The notes under the pieces: model-generated
The model's database searches: none
What the model saw: the letters and a program-made list of their open reading frames with translations, nothing else
What the model was told of the DNA's origin: nothing
Position numbers and translations under genes: made by a program
NCBI GenBank assembly: GCA_949286215.1
Contig: CASDYX010000003.1
Location: forward strand, 46,537-110,536
Reading direction: 5' to 3'
DNA from: an uncultured Pseudomonadota bacterium
GTDB lineage: Bacteria; Pseudomonadota; Alphaproteobacteria; RF32; CAG-239
Length of the DNA stretch: 64,000 nucleotides
In this document: piece by piece, positions 39,128 to 49,177 of the stretch
How the letters are laid out: every line of letters begins with the position of its first letter
How positions within the stretch are numbered: position 1 is the stretch's first letter

Positions 39128-39895
39128 ATGACAACCAATATTTCTGAGCTCAACCATACCAATGATTACCTGTTAGATAAAAGGGTAAAAATATTCCAAC
39201 CCGTTAACGGATACCGCGCCTCAACAGACGCTGTATTGGTTTCGTCTCTAATTTCCAAAGTCAAAAGTACAGATAAGATACTAGATGTCGGCTCAGGTAC
39301 GGGAGCAATATCTTTGTGCCTAGCCTCCCGTTTTCAAGCAATCCGCCCACAAATTTTGGGTTTAGAGTTACAAAGCGAACTGTGTATGCTTTCTAACCAA
39401 AGTGCGCAAGCTAATGGGTTTTCAGAATTCTTAAGTTATCAAAATGCAGACATTCGCCAAAAACTAACAAATATAACACCTTGTAGTTTTCAACACGTTA
39501 TTAGCAATCCGCCCTATAGCGAGCACGATATGCCCTCACCCAATCCGAGCAAGGCGGCAGCACATAATCATCAAGGTTTAACTCTAATGGATTGGTTACA
39601 TTTCTGCCTCAAAATGACAGCTCCGCAAGGACATTTATACTTCATCAATCGCGCAGAAGCCATTACCGAAACTCTATCAATATTGCAAGGCAAAGCCGGC
39701 GCCATAAAAATCATTCCGCTTTTTTCCAAACAAGGACAAGTAGCAAAGCGCGTCATGATAACAGCCCAAAAGGCTTCAAAAGCCCCAACACAAATTTTGC
39801 CGGGACTTATCACTCATAACCTTGATGGCACTTACACTCCCCAAACCCAACAAATTTTGCGTGCTGGCAAAGGATTTTTTGATACTTTAGGCTAG
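39128..39895 (+). CDS. SAM-dependent methyltransferase, TrmN6/YfiC-like (N6-adenine class, NPPY motif)
   Basis: SAM-binding LDVGSGTGAISL and catalytic VISNPPY. Confidence 0.55.
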   Translation: MTTNISELNHTNDYLLDKRVKIFQPVNGYRASTDAVLVSSLISKVKSTDKILDVGSGTGAISLCLASRFQAIRPQILGLELQSELCMLSNQSAQANGFSEFLSYQNADIRQKLTNITPCSFQHVISNPPYSEHDMPSPNPSKAAAHNHQGLTLMDWLHFCLKMTAPQGHLYFINRAEAITETLSILQGKAGAIKIIPLFSKQGQVAKRVMITAQKASKAPTQILPGLITHNLDGTYTPQTQQILRAGKGFFDTLG

Positions 39896-41022
39896 AGCCC
39901 AAAAATTTGCATCCGATTTCCGCCTTCTTTTTGAGCCCTTTGCAAAGACAAGATTGCTTGTTCAATCAACTTTTTGGCAGAAGTTGCCGGCTCAGGAAAA
40001 ACACTCACACCGATAGATGCAGAAATTTCATGATTTGTAAAATTATCAGCTACCGGTTCTCTAAAAATAGCTTGAATTTTACTAAGCTCCAATTTTAAGC
40101 TTTCTTCATCCATAACGTCGGGCAACAAAATCCAAAAATGATATTTCAAGCCACTTCCGACCGTATATGTTTTTCGTAAAGTCAGCATCAATTTTTCAGC
40201 CAACTTTCTTAAAATTAAATCATGTAAACCTATAGATTTAAAAGCCTCAAAATTATCCAACGCAATACAAGCCACTGCAATCATATTCCGCTTTTGGCGC
40301 ACATCTTTATAATTTTCGTAATTAACAATAACTTGAACTCTATCTTCAAACAAATAAAAATTCGGCAAACCGGTCAAGGAATCATACATACTAAGAGTGT
40401 TTGCAGCTCGCCTGTTAAGACGCTCACCAATTAAAATAAAAGTAAAATGCTGCTTATCAAAAATATACATAGCATCAAATTTTGCTTTAATAATCTTATG
40501 AGCACCACTAATCATATTAATTTCCATAGCGGCATTATTGGTAAGCATTTCACCTATATTTTTAGCCAAAAAATCCCAATCTTCTTTTGCTACCAATTTC
40601 AAAAATTTTTGATGCAAAATATCATCAATATTTGGACATTCTAACAAATTCAAAAAAGTCTGATTAGCATATTCTATCTTATCATCTCTAATAATAACAA
40701 AAGGTCTATCCGAACGCCGAAAAACTTTATCAATAACATCTCTCAAGCTAACATCAGTTTCATCTAAAAAAGGATCGAGCTGAGGGGCTGACAACTTTTT
40801 TGTAACAACAGCTTTTGAATCGTCTATTTTAGTCAATTGTTCTTGTTTTGCTGTTTTAGAATAATTTAAATCTTCCAGCCCCAAAACATACTCTTCTGAC
40901 AACGGCTCATTATAATCAACAAGAGTTGGGTTTTCATCGTCTAACCCTTCTAAAAAATCAATACTCGTATTATCCAAAACGTCCATACCTTTTTCATAAA
41001 CTTGTGAAAAATACCCAAACAC
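39892..41022 (-). CDS. GGDEF-domain protein with a degenerate active site
   Basis: The C-terminal half has the GGDEF-domain framework (DSLTGLPN..., ACIALDNFEAFKSIGLHDLILRKLA, ASIGVSV). The GG(D/E)EF and DxxHFK motifs are replaced (VGSGLKY, DNFEAF). Confidence 0.5.
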   Translation of the reverse strand: MFGYFSQVYEKGMDVLDNTSIDFLEGLDDENPTLVDYNEPLSEEYVLGLEDLNYSKTAKQEQLTKIDDSKAVVTKKLSAPQLDPFLDETDVSLRDVIDKVFRRSDRPFVIIRDDKIEYANQTFLNLLECPNIDDILHQKFLKLVAKEDWDFLAKNIGEMLTNNAAMEINMISGAHKIIKAKFDAMYIFDKQHFTFILIGERLNRRAANTLSMYDSLTGLPNFYLFEDRVQVIVNYENYKDVRQKRNMIAVACIALDNFEAFKSIGLHDLILRKLAEKLMLTLRKTYTVGSGLKYHFWILLPDVMDEESLKLELSKIQAIFREPVADNFTNHEISASIGVSVFPEPATSAKKLIEQAILSLQRAQKEGGNRMQIFGL

Positions 41023-41131
41023 AAAATATTTTAGCGGTATTTTTTTGAAAAAACAAAAAATATTTGTGTTTTATTAACCCTTATTATTATATAAAAATAA
41101 GAAATGGAATAAAATGAAAGATAATACCTGA

Positions 41132-43186
41132 ATGACTGAAGAAAATACAGAACAGGAAACGCCCCTTGAAAACATTCCCGCTACCGAACCTGAGGTAATA
41201 GAAAATTTCCAGACCGGCAGCAAAGAAAATGTTTACGTTTTAAAGGAAAGATATACTATTGACTTTTCCGCTCCTTTAACGTGGCTAGATAACAACGGCG
41301 CCAAGGCATATAAAGTTGAAGACAAAATAAATGATAAAAAAGAACTATTTGCCCTGATTTGCAACAACTTCACTTCGCCGCGCAGTTCATTATTGCCCTA
41401 CTTAAAATCGATTGATCATCCGTCAATAATGAAACTTGTTGAATATGGCGTAGTCAGTTACGGCAAAGAAAATTCTCGGAATATGGCTTTAATCTACGAG
41501 CTGCCTCAAGGCGGAAAAGTAATTGATGCTCAAGGAGCCTACTCTCTCAAAAATCAACCCGAAAAATTCAAATCATTATTATTATCAATGCTTTCGGCTG
41601 TCGAAACCCTCAAAGGTTATGGGGTAACACATCGCGCCATTAGAGCTGATAATATTTATTACAAAGATGAGACCAGAGAACAATTAGTTCTCGGAGATTG
41701 TCTAGCCTCTTTTCCTGCCTACAACCAACCATCTGCGTTTGAAACCATAGAAAGTCTAATGGCACAAAAAGAAGGAAGAGGTAATGGTTCCGACAAGGAC
41801 GACATTTACGCTGTTGGTGTTTTAGCCTTACAATTACTTCTTGGACATTCCTTTTTTGATGATATGTCGGACAAAGAAGTCCTCAGACTTAAATTAAAGA
41901 AAGGAAGCTACCTCGCATTATTGAGCAATGATAAAATTTCTGCTCAATATGCAACCATCCTCAAAGGATTGTTAAACGACAATGAAGAAGAGCGTTGGAC
42001 CTATCTCCAAACATACAACCTCTTAGAAGGAAAACCTGGAAACACTCCTCAATCCAGCACGGAACGCCCCAAAAAGTCATTAACAATCAATGGTGAAAAA
42101 GTTTACAACATAACAGAAGTTGCTTACGCTCTTCTACAAAATCCCGAAGAAGGATATGACTTATTAAAATCTGGGAAAATTACTGATTGGATTAAAAACG
42201 GTCTGGAAAACGAAAAACTCAATACTCAAATTGAGAAGTTAATTCATACCAACTCGGAAAACACCTCCAGCCGAGAACTATTAATTTCCAAGCTGTGCAT
42301 AATGTTAGCCCCTCATCTGCCTCTAAAGTACAAAACCCTATGGCTTTTTCCGGCAGGCATTCCCAAATCCATATTTTTAGCCATAAAAAATAAAGAAAAT
42401 TTAAGTATTTATTACGATTTATTCAATTCAGACTTAATAAAATTATGGTATCAAGAACAAAGTAATGTCAGAGCACCAGCTAACAGCGGAGAATTTAAAA
42501 GTTACATCAGTCGCCGCGATATGGGCTATGGAATTGACCGTATTATGTACGATTTTGATGAAGATTTACCCTGCATCAGCCCCTTACTTGGCGAAGAATT
42601 TGTAAACAGCGCTCCCCGCATTTTAAGAGCTTTAGACAACACCTATGCTCACACCAAAGTAATGTCCATGCCTTATGATCGCAACATAATGGCTTACCTT
42701 CGCTGTAAAATGGGCAAAAAAATCGATGGAATTTTAACCGATATCAATACCGGACGAGAAGCTTTGCAAGCCAGTGCTATTTTGCGCCTATACACAGATA
42801 TGCAAAATAAATACGGTCCGTCACAGCTTCCAAATTTAGCCAAATGGCTGGTAAGTGCTTGCATGTTGACAATAAAGAGTTATCACAACGTCAAATATCA
42901 AAAATATTTGGAACGAGAAGTTCTTAAAATACACAAGAATGGCAAACTTCATGAAATTACGGAAATAATTGAAAATGAAGAAGCCAGACAAAAAGACAGC
43001 ATCGACTATGCCAACGCGCTAAAGAATGCAAATTTATTAATAAGCGAAAAAAATAATTTACAAAACAATTCTGCCAAATGGGATGACGAAGCCCGAGAAG
43101 TTGCAATGCGTTTTGCAAATATTTTAGCTCTGCTAACAATGATTGCTTCTTTTGTTCTTAACCTTTTCTTTTGGATATTAAAATGA
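41132..43186 (+). CDS. eukaryotic-like protein kinase fold protein (predicted pseudokinase) with a C-terminal TM helix
   Basis: The order of kinase subdomains is recognisable: HPSIMKLVEYG; hinge ALIYELPQGG; catalytic loop GVTHRAIRADNIYY (HRD-to-HRA); LVLGDCLAS (DFG-to-DCL); DIYAVGVLALQLLLG (subdomain IX). No glycine-rich loop. C-terminal hydrophobic helix. Confidence 0.5.
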   Translation: MTEENTEQETPLENIPATEPEVIENFQTGSKENVYVLKERYTIDFSAPLTWLDNNGAKAYKVEDKINDKKELFALICNNFTSPRSSLLPYLKSIDHPSIMKLVEYGVVSYGKENSRNMALIYELPQGGKVIDAQGAYSLKNQPEKFKSLLLSMLSAVETLKGYGVTHRAIRADNIYYKDETREQLVLGDCLASFPAYNQPSAFETIESLMAQKEGRGNGSDKDDIYAVGVLALQLLLGHSFFDDMSDKEVLRLKLKKGSYLALLSNDKISAQYATILKGLLNDNEEERWTYLQTYNLLEGKPGNTPQSSTERPKKSLTINGEKVYNITEVAYALLQNPEEGYDLLKSGKITDWIKNGLENEKLNTQIEKLIHTNSENTSSRELLISKLCIMLAPHLPLKYKTLWLFPAGIPKSIFLAIKNKENLSIYYDLFNSDLIKLWYQEQSNVRAPANSGEFKSYISRRDMGYGIDRIMYDFDEDLPCISPLLGEEFVNSAPRILRALDNTYAHTKVMSMPYDRNIMAYLRCKMGKKIDGILTDINTGREALQASAILRLYTDMQNKYGPSQLPNLAKWLVSACMLTIKSYHNVKYQKYLEREVLKIHKNGKLHEITEIIENEEARQKDSIDYANALKNANLLISEKNNLQNNSAKWDDEAREVAMRFANILALLTMIASFVLNLFFWILK

Positions 43187-43686
43187 GCAAAATAAACCCT
43201 GTCAGACCTATCCGAAAACTCCCCTCACAAAGAGGAAATAGTTTTCGTTTAAATATTTTTCAAAAAGTATTATTAACTCTGGCGCTTTTAATTGCGGTAG
43301 TAACCACTCTTCCGGTAATGGTTGTTTTACTCATTGGATTACTTCCAACATTTACAATCATGATAACCGACAAAAACAACACCAACAAACTCATCATTGT
43401 CGGCTGTTTTAATCTGGCTGGTGTATTTATTTACCTATTCCATGTCATAAGCAACTTTACCATTCGCGACGCCTTTTTTATCTTCAGCGACATATTTAAT
43501 TTAATCATAATGCTTGGCTCTGCCGGATTAGGATTAATTGTCTATTTAGAAGTCCCCAATCTTTTCATTTACATTTATAAAATAATGGCACAAAAACGCC
43601 TCAAAACCATAGATGAGCAACTAAACAAATTAGCAGAAGACTGGGGTGAAGGAATTAAAGGTAACGGAGCCACGCCGACTGTTTAA
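43171..43686 (+). CDS. polytopic membrane protein (171 aa, 4 predicted TM)
   Basis: Overlaps the kinase-like gene by 16 nt. Hydrophobic segments are present. Confidence 0.4.
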   Translation: MDIKMSKINPVRPIRKLPSQRGNSFRLNIFQKVLLTLALLIAVVTTLPVMVVLLIGLLPTFTIMITDKNNTNKLIIVGCFNLAGVFIYLFHVISNFTIRDAFFIFSDIFNLIIMLGSAGLGLIVYLEVPNLFIYIYKIMAQKRLKTIDEQLNKLAEDWGEGIKGNGATPTV

Positions 43687-43687
43687 A

Positions 43688-43711
43688 GAAAATCCCCAAA
43701 TTGGGGATTTT
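43688..43711. terminator. bidirectional rho-independent terminator
   Basis: Perfect stem aaaatcccca/tggggatttt between convergent genes (43171..43686 plus, rpoH minus). Confidence 0.5.
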
Positions 43712-43712
43712 C

Positions 43713-44600
43713 TCATATCTCAAAAATAGCTTTTCGGATTTTCTTAATAGAATTTAGTTCTATTTGTCGCACCCTTTCTTTTGAAATTGCATAAAGTTTG
43801 CTCAAATCATCCAAAGTCACGGCTTTTTCCACCAACCGACGCTTAAATAAAATATCTTTTTCTCTCGGATTCAGGCAACTAAGTGCTTTCTGAAATAAGC
43901 GTTTTCGATACAGAAAAGTTTCTGAATAGGCTAATTTCTCTTCCTGATTAGGTTTTTTATCAGAAATAAAATCTATCCATTCACTACCGCTATCTGAAGA
44001 CGTATCAATTAAAGTATTAAGCGACCCATCATGAGCTTTCAAGCGCATATTCATATCCGTCACTTCTTGAACACTCACATCAAGGCTTTCAGCAATATCT
44101 CCTAAAATTTTTTGAGAGAGTTCACGATCATCCATAAGGTTCAGTTGATTTTTTATTTTTCGCAAATTAAAGAAAAGTTTTTTTTGTGCAGCTGTCGTTC
44201 CTATTTTCACCAACGACCAAGAATTTAAGATATATTTTTGAATAGAGGCCTTAATCCACCATAAAGCATAAGTTGAGAACCGAAATCCTTTATTCGGCTC
44301 AAATTTATTCACGGCATAGAGTAAACCGATATTTCCTTCTGAAATCATTTCACTAAGAGGCAAACCATAACCTCGATATTTTGCCACCACCTTGACAACC
44401 AGCCTTAAATGAGAATCAACCAATTGCTGAGCAATTTTGGGGTCACGGCTTTTTTTATATTCAACTGCCAAAGCATATTCTTTTTCCGGAGAAAGAATAG
44501 GAAATTTGCGAATACTCTGTAAATAGCGCACCAGATTTATTTCCGGTGAAAAGTCAAGTCCGTTCAGAGTGAAGTCTTTATCCATAATAGCCTCCCTCAA
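43713..44600 (-). CDS. rpoH: RNA polymerase sigma-32 factor
   Basis: RpoH box QRKLFFNLRKIK plus sigma70 regions 2 and 4. The rluD-rpoH arrangement is conserved in alphaproteobacteria. Confidence 0.9.
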   Translation of the reverse strand: MREAIMDKDFTLNGLDFSPEINLVRYLQSIRKFPILSPEKEYALAVEYKKSRDPKIAQQLVDSHLRLVVKVVAKYRGYGLPLSEMISEGNIGLLYAVNKFEPNKGFRFSTYALWWIKASIQKYILNSWSLVKIGTTAAQKKLFFNLRKIKNQLNLMDDRELSQKILGDIAESLDVSVQEVTDMNMRLKAHDGSLNTLIDTSSDSGSEWIDFISDKKPNQEEKLAYSETFLYRKRLFQKALSCLNPREKDILFKRRLVEKAVTLDDLSKLYAISKERVRQIELNSIKKIRKAIFEI

Positions 44601-44689
44601 AAATAATTGACAGAGGCAACAATATTAGAATTTCAAGATATACTCAACCTAACTTTTAGTTTTATATAAAAATAAACGCAATAATAGAA

Positions 44690-45667
44690 TTAAGAGAGAT
44701 TTAATCGGAGCAACAAATCCTCAAAGTCTGCAGGATAGGAAGAATCAAATTGCATAAATTCTTTTGTACGCGGGTGCACAAAGCCAAGACTTTTGGCATG
44801 CAATGCTTGCCTCGGAAAGTGATTAATAAAAGCTTTGAGTTCTTGAGAAACACCGCTAATTGAGGTTTTAGAACTTTTTACATAGAGTTGATCTCCAATC
44901 AAATTGCACCCAATACTTGACAAATGCACTCTGATTTGATGTGTTCTTCCGGTTTCTAGATTGCATTGCACTAATGAGGCCGTATTACCGCAAAGTTTTA
45001 GGGTTTTATAATTGGTAACCGCTCGTTTCCCTCCCATTTGCACAATTGCCATTTTTTTGCGGTCATAACGACTTCGTCCGATATTTCCTTCAATTAGTCC
45101 TTGTAAAGGATTAGGCACGCCATACACAACTGCATGGTAGGTCCGCTCAATAGAATGTTCTGCAAATTGCTCAGCCAAACCACGATGTGTCAAATCATTT
45201 TTAGCCACAACCAACAAACCACTTGTGTCTTTATCTATGCGATGAACAATACCAGGGCGTTTAACCCCTCCGATTCCTGAAAGATTATCTTTGCAATGAA
45301 AGAGCAGCGCGTTAACCAAAGTCCCGCTATGAGCCCCTGGTGCCGGATGAACTGTCATGCCGGCAGGCTTATTCACCACAATCAAATCATCATCTTCATA
45401 AACAACATTCAGGGGAATATCTTCCGGTACAGGATTAGCTTCTTCTAAAGGAGGCACTTCAACTTGAAATTCCTCTCCTTTACGAACTTTGTAAGCACAA
45501 TCAGAAATCAATCTGTCTTCGCAACTCACCATTCCTTGTTCAATTAGTCTTTGCACTTGTGAACGAGACAATTCAGAAATATTTTGCGCCAAAAATTTAT
45601 CCACCCTTGTACCGGCAGAACAATCATCAACTTCTGACGAGGTAAAAATGTTAGAATCAAATTCCAT
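44690..45667 (-). CDS. rluD: 23S rRNA pseudouridine synthase (RluA family, RluD-like)
   Basis: S4 domain and catalytic motif HRIDKDTSGLLVVAKN. Confidence 0.85.
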   Translation of the reverse strand: MEFDSNIFTSSEVDDCSAGTRVDKFLAQNISELSRSQVQRLIEQGMVSCEDRLISDCAYKVRKGEEFQVEVPPLEEANPVPEDIPLNVVYEDDDLIVVNKPAGMTVHPAPGAHSGTLVNALLFHCKDNLSGIGGVKRPGIVHRIDKDTSGLLVVAKNDLTHRGLAEQFAEHSIERTYHAVVYGVPNPLQGLIEGNIGRSRYDRKKMAIVQMGGKRAVTNYKTLKLCGNTASLVQCNLETGRTHQIRVHLSSIGCNLIGDQLYVKSSKTSISGVSQELKAFINHFPRQALHAKSLGFVHPRTKEFMQFDSSYPADFEDLLLRLNLS

Positions 45668-45752
45668 GGACTTAGCAATAAAAAATTTACACTTTCGAGA
45701 ATATAATATTTGTTAAGATACAAGTAATCTGCTAAAATGCAAGGATAAGATT

Positions 45753-46034
45753 ATGGATAAATTAAAATTAATCAAAACGATTGTCTTTTTTATAACCTTT
45801 TTATTAGTCATAGGGAGTATAAGTCTTTTAGGAATTATTTATAAAAAAGCAACCCACAAAACAGAATTGGCCTCAAGCACAATTAACCTTCAGCAAGAAA
45901 AAGGAAGTGAAATATCCTCATTTAAAGTAGAAAACGGAACAATATATCTTTTGGTAAAAGGCTCCAGCCAACCCGATCGAATTATCATCCTTCGTGAAGA
46001 TAGCGCTGAACCGCAACAAATTCATCTAAATTAG
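45753..46034 (+). CDS. small membrane-anchored protein (93 aa); first gene of the T4CP-associated cluster
   Basis: Single N-terminal TM helix. Divergent from rluD. Confidence 0.35.
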   Translation: MDKLKLIKTIVFFITFLLVIGSISLLGIIYKKATHKTELASSTINLQQEKGSEISSFKVENGTIYLLVKGSSQPDRIIILREDSAEPQQIHLN

Positions 46035-46046
46035 AGGGGTATTTTT

Positions 46047-47084
46047 ATGAGTGAGAATCAACAACCCAAAAAGGTATTCAAAAAAATAAAACACAAAAGA
46101 CCAATGTCCCAAGGTTCAAGAATTCCTCCCACGATGTCTGTTCCCGCATCAACCGAAGCAGACATTAAAGCCCTATTGGCAGAAGACACGCCGCCTCAAG
46201 AGCAAAAGGTCTCTTCCACTCCCCAAAACAATGATGAAGAAGACGAATTTGAGCGTTTACTTAATGAATTCATCAGTGCCGAATTAGATGATTCATTAGA
46301 AAATGCCCAAGAAAATTTGGAAAATGTAAAAAACGGCGACATCCAAGAACAAAAACAAACTCTTCCTTTCAGCAACACCGATGAAGAAAACGCCAACCTT
46401 CTGGAAGATCCTGAAAAATCTCTTTATCGAGCTTATCAAAATTACTTTTTTGCGATTCGAGCAATGACTGAGAGTAAAAATATTACTCCTACATCTCCCT
46501 CTCTCACCGCCGAAAATTTTTACCCTCACTACAAACCACGCCTTGGCATTCGCATTTCCAAAGAAATTATGCAAGGTTGGGATATAATGCTCAAAGTATT
46601 TCCTCAAGATTTAGCATCATTAAATCCCGGAGGAACTGATGATGAGCTTTTAGACTTTGCGGAACAAGCCAATGATGAAAATTTACAATTAGCCGTAATT
46701 TCTTATGTTGAGATTTTAATTGAAATGGAAGGCTGCGATATTCAATATGAAACACGCAAACTTAAAGCCGAGCGTCGTAAAATTGAAAAAGAGATTTACG
46801 AAGCCCATCAAGCGCGCGTAGAACGCAGCCAAAAATATATAGAAGCCATCAAAAACAAAGAATTTCCAATAGATGCCGAAAGATTGGTCAAAAACTTTTT
46901 CAAAACCTCAAATAAAGATGCCGAAGGAGCTTATAAAATGCTAACCACCAATCCGGCAACTTTTTCGCCAATTGAAATCAGCAAAATCAGGCCTAGACTC
47001 TTTGGGCTCATTAAAGTTACACCACAAGATGGCATTAGAGTAAATCGCGAAATTGGAGAATTTATAAAAAAACTAAAAGCATAA
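46047..47084 (+). CDS. acidic hypothetical protein (345 aa)
   Basis: ORF in a tight co-directional cluster. No recognised domain. Confidence 0.4.
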   Translation: MSENQQPKKVFKKIKHKRPMSQGSRIPPTMSVPASTEADIKALLAEDTPPQEQKVSSTPQNNDEEDEFERLLNEFISAELDDSLENAQENLENVKNGDIQEQKQTLPFSNTDEENANLLEDPEKSLYRAYQNYFFAIRAMTESKNITPTSPSLTAENFYPHYKPRLGIRISKEIMQGWDIMLKVFPQDLASLNPGGTDDELLDFAEQANDENLQLAVISYVEILIEMEGCDIQYETRKLKAERRKIEKEIYEAHQARVERSQKYIEAIKNKEFPIDAERLVKNFFKTSNKDAEGAYKMLTTNPATFSPIEISKIRPRLFGLIKVTPQDGIRVNREIGEFIKKLKA

Positions 47085-47154
47085 ATGTTTTTACAAAAAT
47101 ATAGACAAAAAACATTTTTAATGCTACACTAAAGTTAATGAACAAGATTTTAAG

Positions 47155-48618
47155 GTGAAGAATATGGCAGATACCCCTAAAACAGTAAGCGTAAACGAAG
47201 CATCCGCTCCTCAAGCCCCACAACCGGTACAACAACCGGCACCTCAACCTACGCCTCAAAACAATTCTGAGCCGCAAAGAACCATTGCCTTATCACAAAA
47301 CCCCAAGAAAGAAGCTCAAACCTTCCAAGGAATGACTGTTGCTCAAAAATTAAACTATCTTAATATTAAAGAAAAGCGCGGAATTTTAACTCCTGATGAA
47401 CGTAAGCAACAGGAAGAATGCCGCGAGCAATTAGCTAAAGAACAAGAAGGTGATGAAGGTGAAATCACTCCTGAAGACGGAACCAAGGTCGGCGATAAAG
47501 ATGATGAACCCAAAGACCTCTTCAAAGAACAAGACATCATTCAATATATGTATAATGAGTGGCTGTTAGGCGGCGCCAACTGGCTCTACAAAAAAACCTA
47601 CAAACAAGTTGACAAGATGTATGAGTCATTCAAAAATCGTTGTGCTCAAGCTAAAATGGATGCCCAAAAACGCAAAAATGCAACTTATGACACCATTACC
47701 ACCCGTGATAACATTGATGACAAAGCAGTCAAACTTTATGATGGGCAAAAGGCCTCTATCGACAAAGGCAAGGAAGGACTTAAAGCTGTTTTAGAAGACA
47801 TTAAAAACGGCAATATTGATGCCTCCAAAGCCACAGGCTTAACCAAACGCCTTATGCAAGAATTGCCTGAAGGCAAACGTCAACAATTTTGCACCGAAGC
47901 ACAAGCCATGATTGAAAACTTGGCTGAGAATATGAAAACCATTCATTTCGTTGCAGGTCAACTTGCTCGTGCCCAAATGGCTGAAAGCATATGTATCAAC
48001 CAAAACGCTTTCAAAAATTCCGTGCCGGCCAATGTTTTTGAGGCCATGGAAAAACGCAACGCCTTAGCTATTGCCGCCCAAATGGATGAATGGCAAAAAC
48101 AAGGCAAGAATCCGGCTAAACTCATTCAAAAATTAAAAGATGACGTTGAAAAAGCCAACAAATTTGCCGACAAGCAATACAAGAAAGAAAAATTTGATGA
48201 AGCTGGCAAAAAAGGTAAAGAAAACAAGACGCTCCGTAAAATTAACGAAACTTTAGGTATTCCCTCTGAAGAAGTCACTAAACCACAACACTACGCACCA
48301 CAAACCATGTTGCAGCATTTGATTGTATCAAACAACTTGGAAATGGGAATAACAGAAAAACTAAACAAACTAAATGGCCGTCAAATGGTTCAGGCGGCAC
48401 GGAATGACAACTATCAAGACAGGAGAGCCAATCTGCATAACCGTGTAGCTAACGCTGCACGATATAGTGAAATGATACGTTCTCGTGTCAACCCGAATGG
48501 TCTTCTTGTAATGGATACGCAAGGACAACGTCGCGCGCAACAACTCCAAGGCGTACGCCCGCAATTTAATATGGATGCCTACCGCATGGCTCAACAGCAA
48601 CAAGGAGCCACTAAGTAA
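47155..48618 (+). CDS. hypothetical protein (487 aa), Pro/Gln-rich N-terminus, predicted coiled coil
   Basis: ORF in a tight co-directional cluster. Low-complexity PQ-rich N-terminus. Confidence 0.4.
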   Translation: MKNMADTPKTVSVNEASAPQAPQPVQQPAPQPTPQNNSEPQRTIALSQNPKKEAQTFQGMTVAQKLNYLNIKEKRGILTPDERKQQEECREQLAKEQEGDEGEITPEDGTKVGDKDDEPKDLFKEQDIIQYMYNEWLLGGANWLYKKTYKQVDKMYESFKNRCAQAKMDAQKRKNATYDTITTRDNIDDKAVKLYDGQKASIDKGKEGLKAVLEDIKNGNIDASKATGLTKRLMQELPEGKRQQFCTEAQAMIENLAENMKTIHFVAGQLARAQMAESICINQNAFKNSVPANVFEAMEKRNALAIAAQMDEWQKQGKNPAKLIQKLKDDVEKANKFADKQYKKEKFDEAGKKGKENKTLRKINETLGIPSEEVTKPQHYAPQTMLQHLIVSNNLEMGITEKLNKLNGRQMVQAARNDNYQDRRANLHNRVANAARYSEMIRSRVNPNGLLVMDTQGQRRAQQLQGVRPQFNMDAYRMAQQQQGATK

Positions 48619-48620
48619 CC

Positions 48621-49118
48621 ATGCTCAAAAAGCTTCTGAAATTTTGCAAATGGCTTATGGTCGGAATAATCTGGACGTATGTATTTTTATACGCCAGCTT
48701 ATTTTTCACCAGTACAATTTGGAATTTCAACTACCTATCACTCATTGATTGGGAAATTATTTCAGCTTATTGGAATCAAGGCGGCAGCATTAAAGAAGCC
48801 ACTGATTACGGTCTATTTCTGACCTTAATTTTACTCATTCCGTTCTGGATTTTAGGCTGGAGATTTTTCTATCATCGAGATTTCATAGCCCTCATACTAG
48901 CTCCCATAAACTGGTATAATCAAAAACAAATAAAAAAATATGGTCAAAACGCCTCACGTATTGTTATAAAGAATATGGGAAGCACAGGCAAAAAAATTAA
49001 TCCCGAAGAAGTAATTGAAGCAAAATTAAAAGATTTCAAATCGAATATGGAGCACCAAGAAAAAAACTCAGATATCTTAAGAGAAAAGCTCAAAGAGAAA
49101 TTTGATAAAAAAAATTAA
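48621..49118 (+). CDS. membrane protein paralogous to the N-terminal transmembrane domain of the VirD4-like coupling protein
   Basis: TM1, aromatic periplasmic loop and TM2 (WNFNYLSLIDWEIISAYWNQGG...LFLTLILLIPFWILGW) align by eye with the same region of 49178 and of the VirD4-like protein (YWNWLKQISNY...LWLPILPFISLPFG). No ATPase domain. Confidence 0.45.
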   Translation: MLKKLLKFCKWLMVGIIWTYVFLYASLFFTSTIWNFNYLSLIDWEIISAYWNQGGSIKEATDYGLFLTLILLIPFWILGWRFFYHRDFIALILAPINWYNQKQIKKYGQNASRIVIKNMGSTGKKINPEEVIEAKLKDFKSNMEHQEKNSDILREKLKEKFDKKN

Positions 49119-49177
49119 ATAAAGAATTAACCAATAAGAGATAAACTTAACGCAAAACAAATGGGAGAAAATAACCT

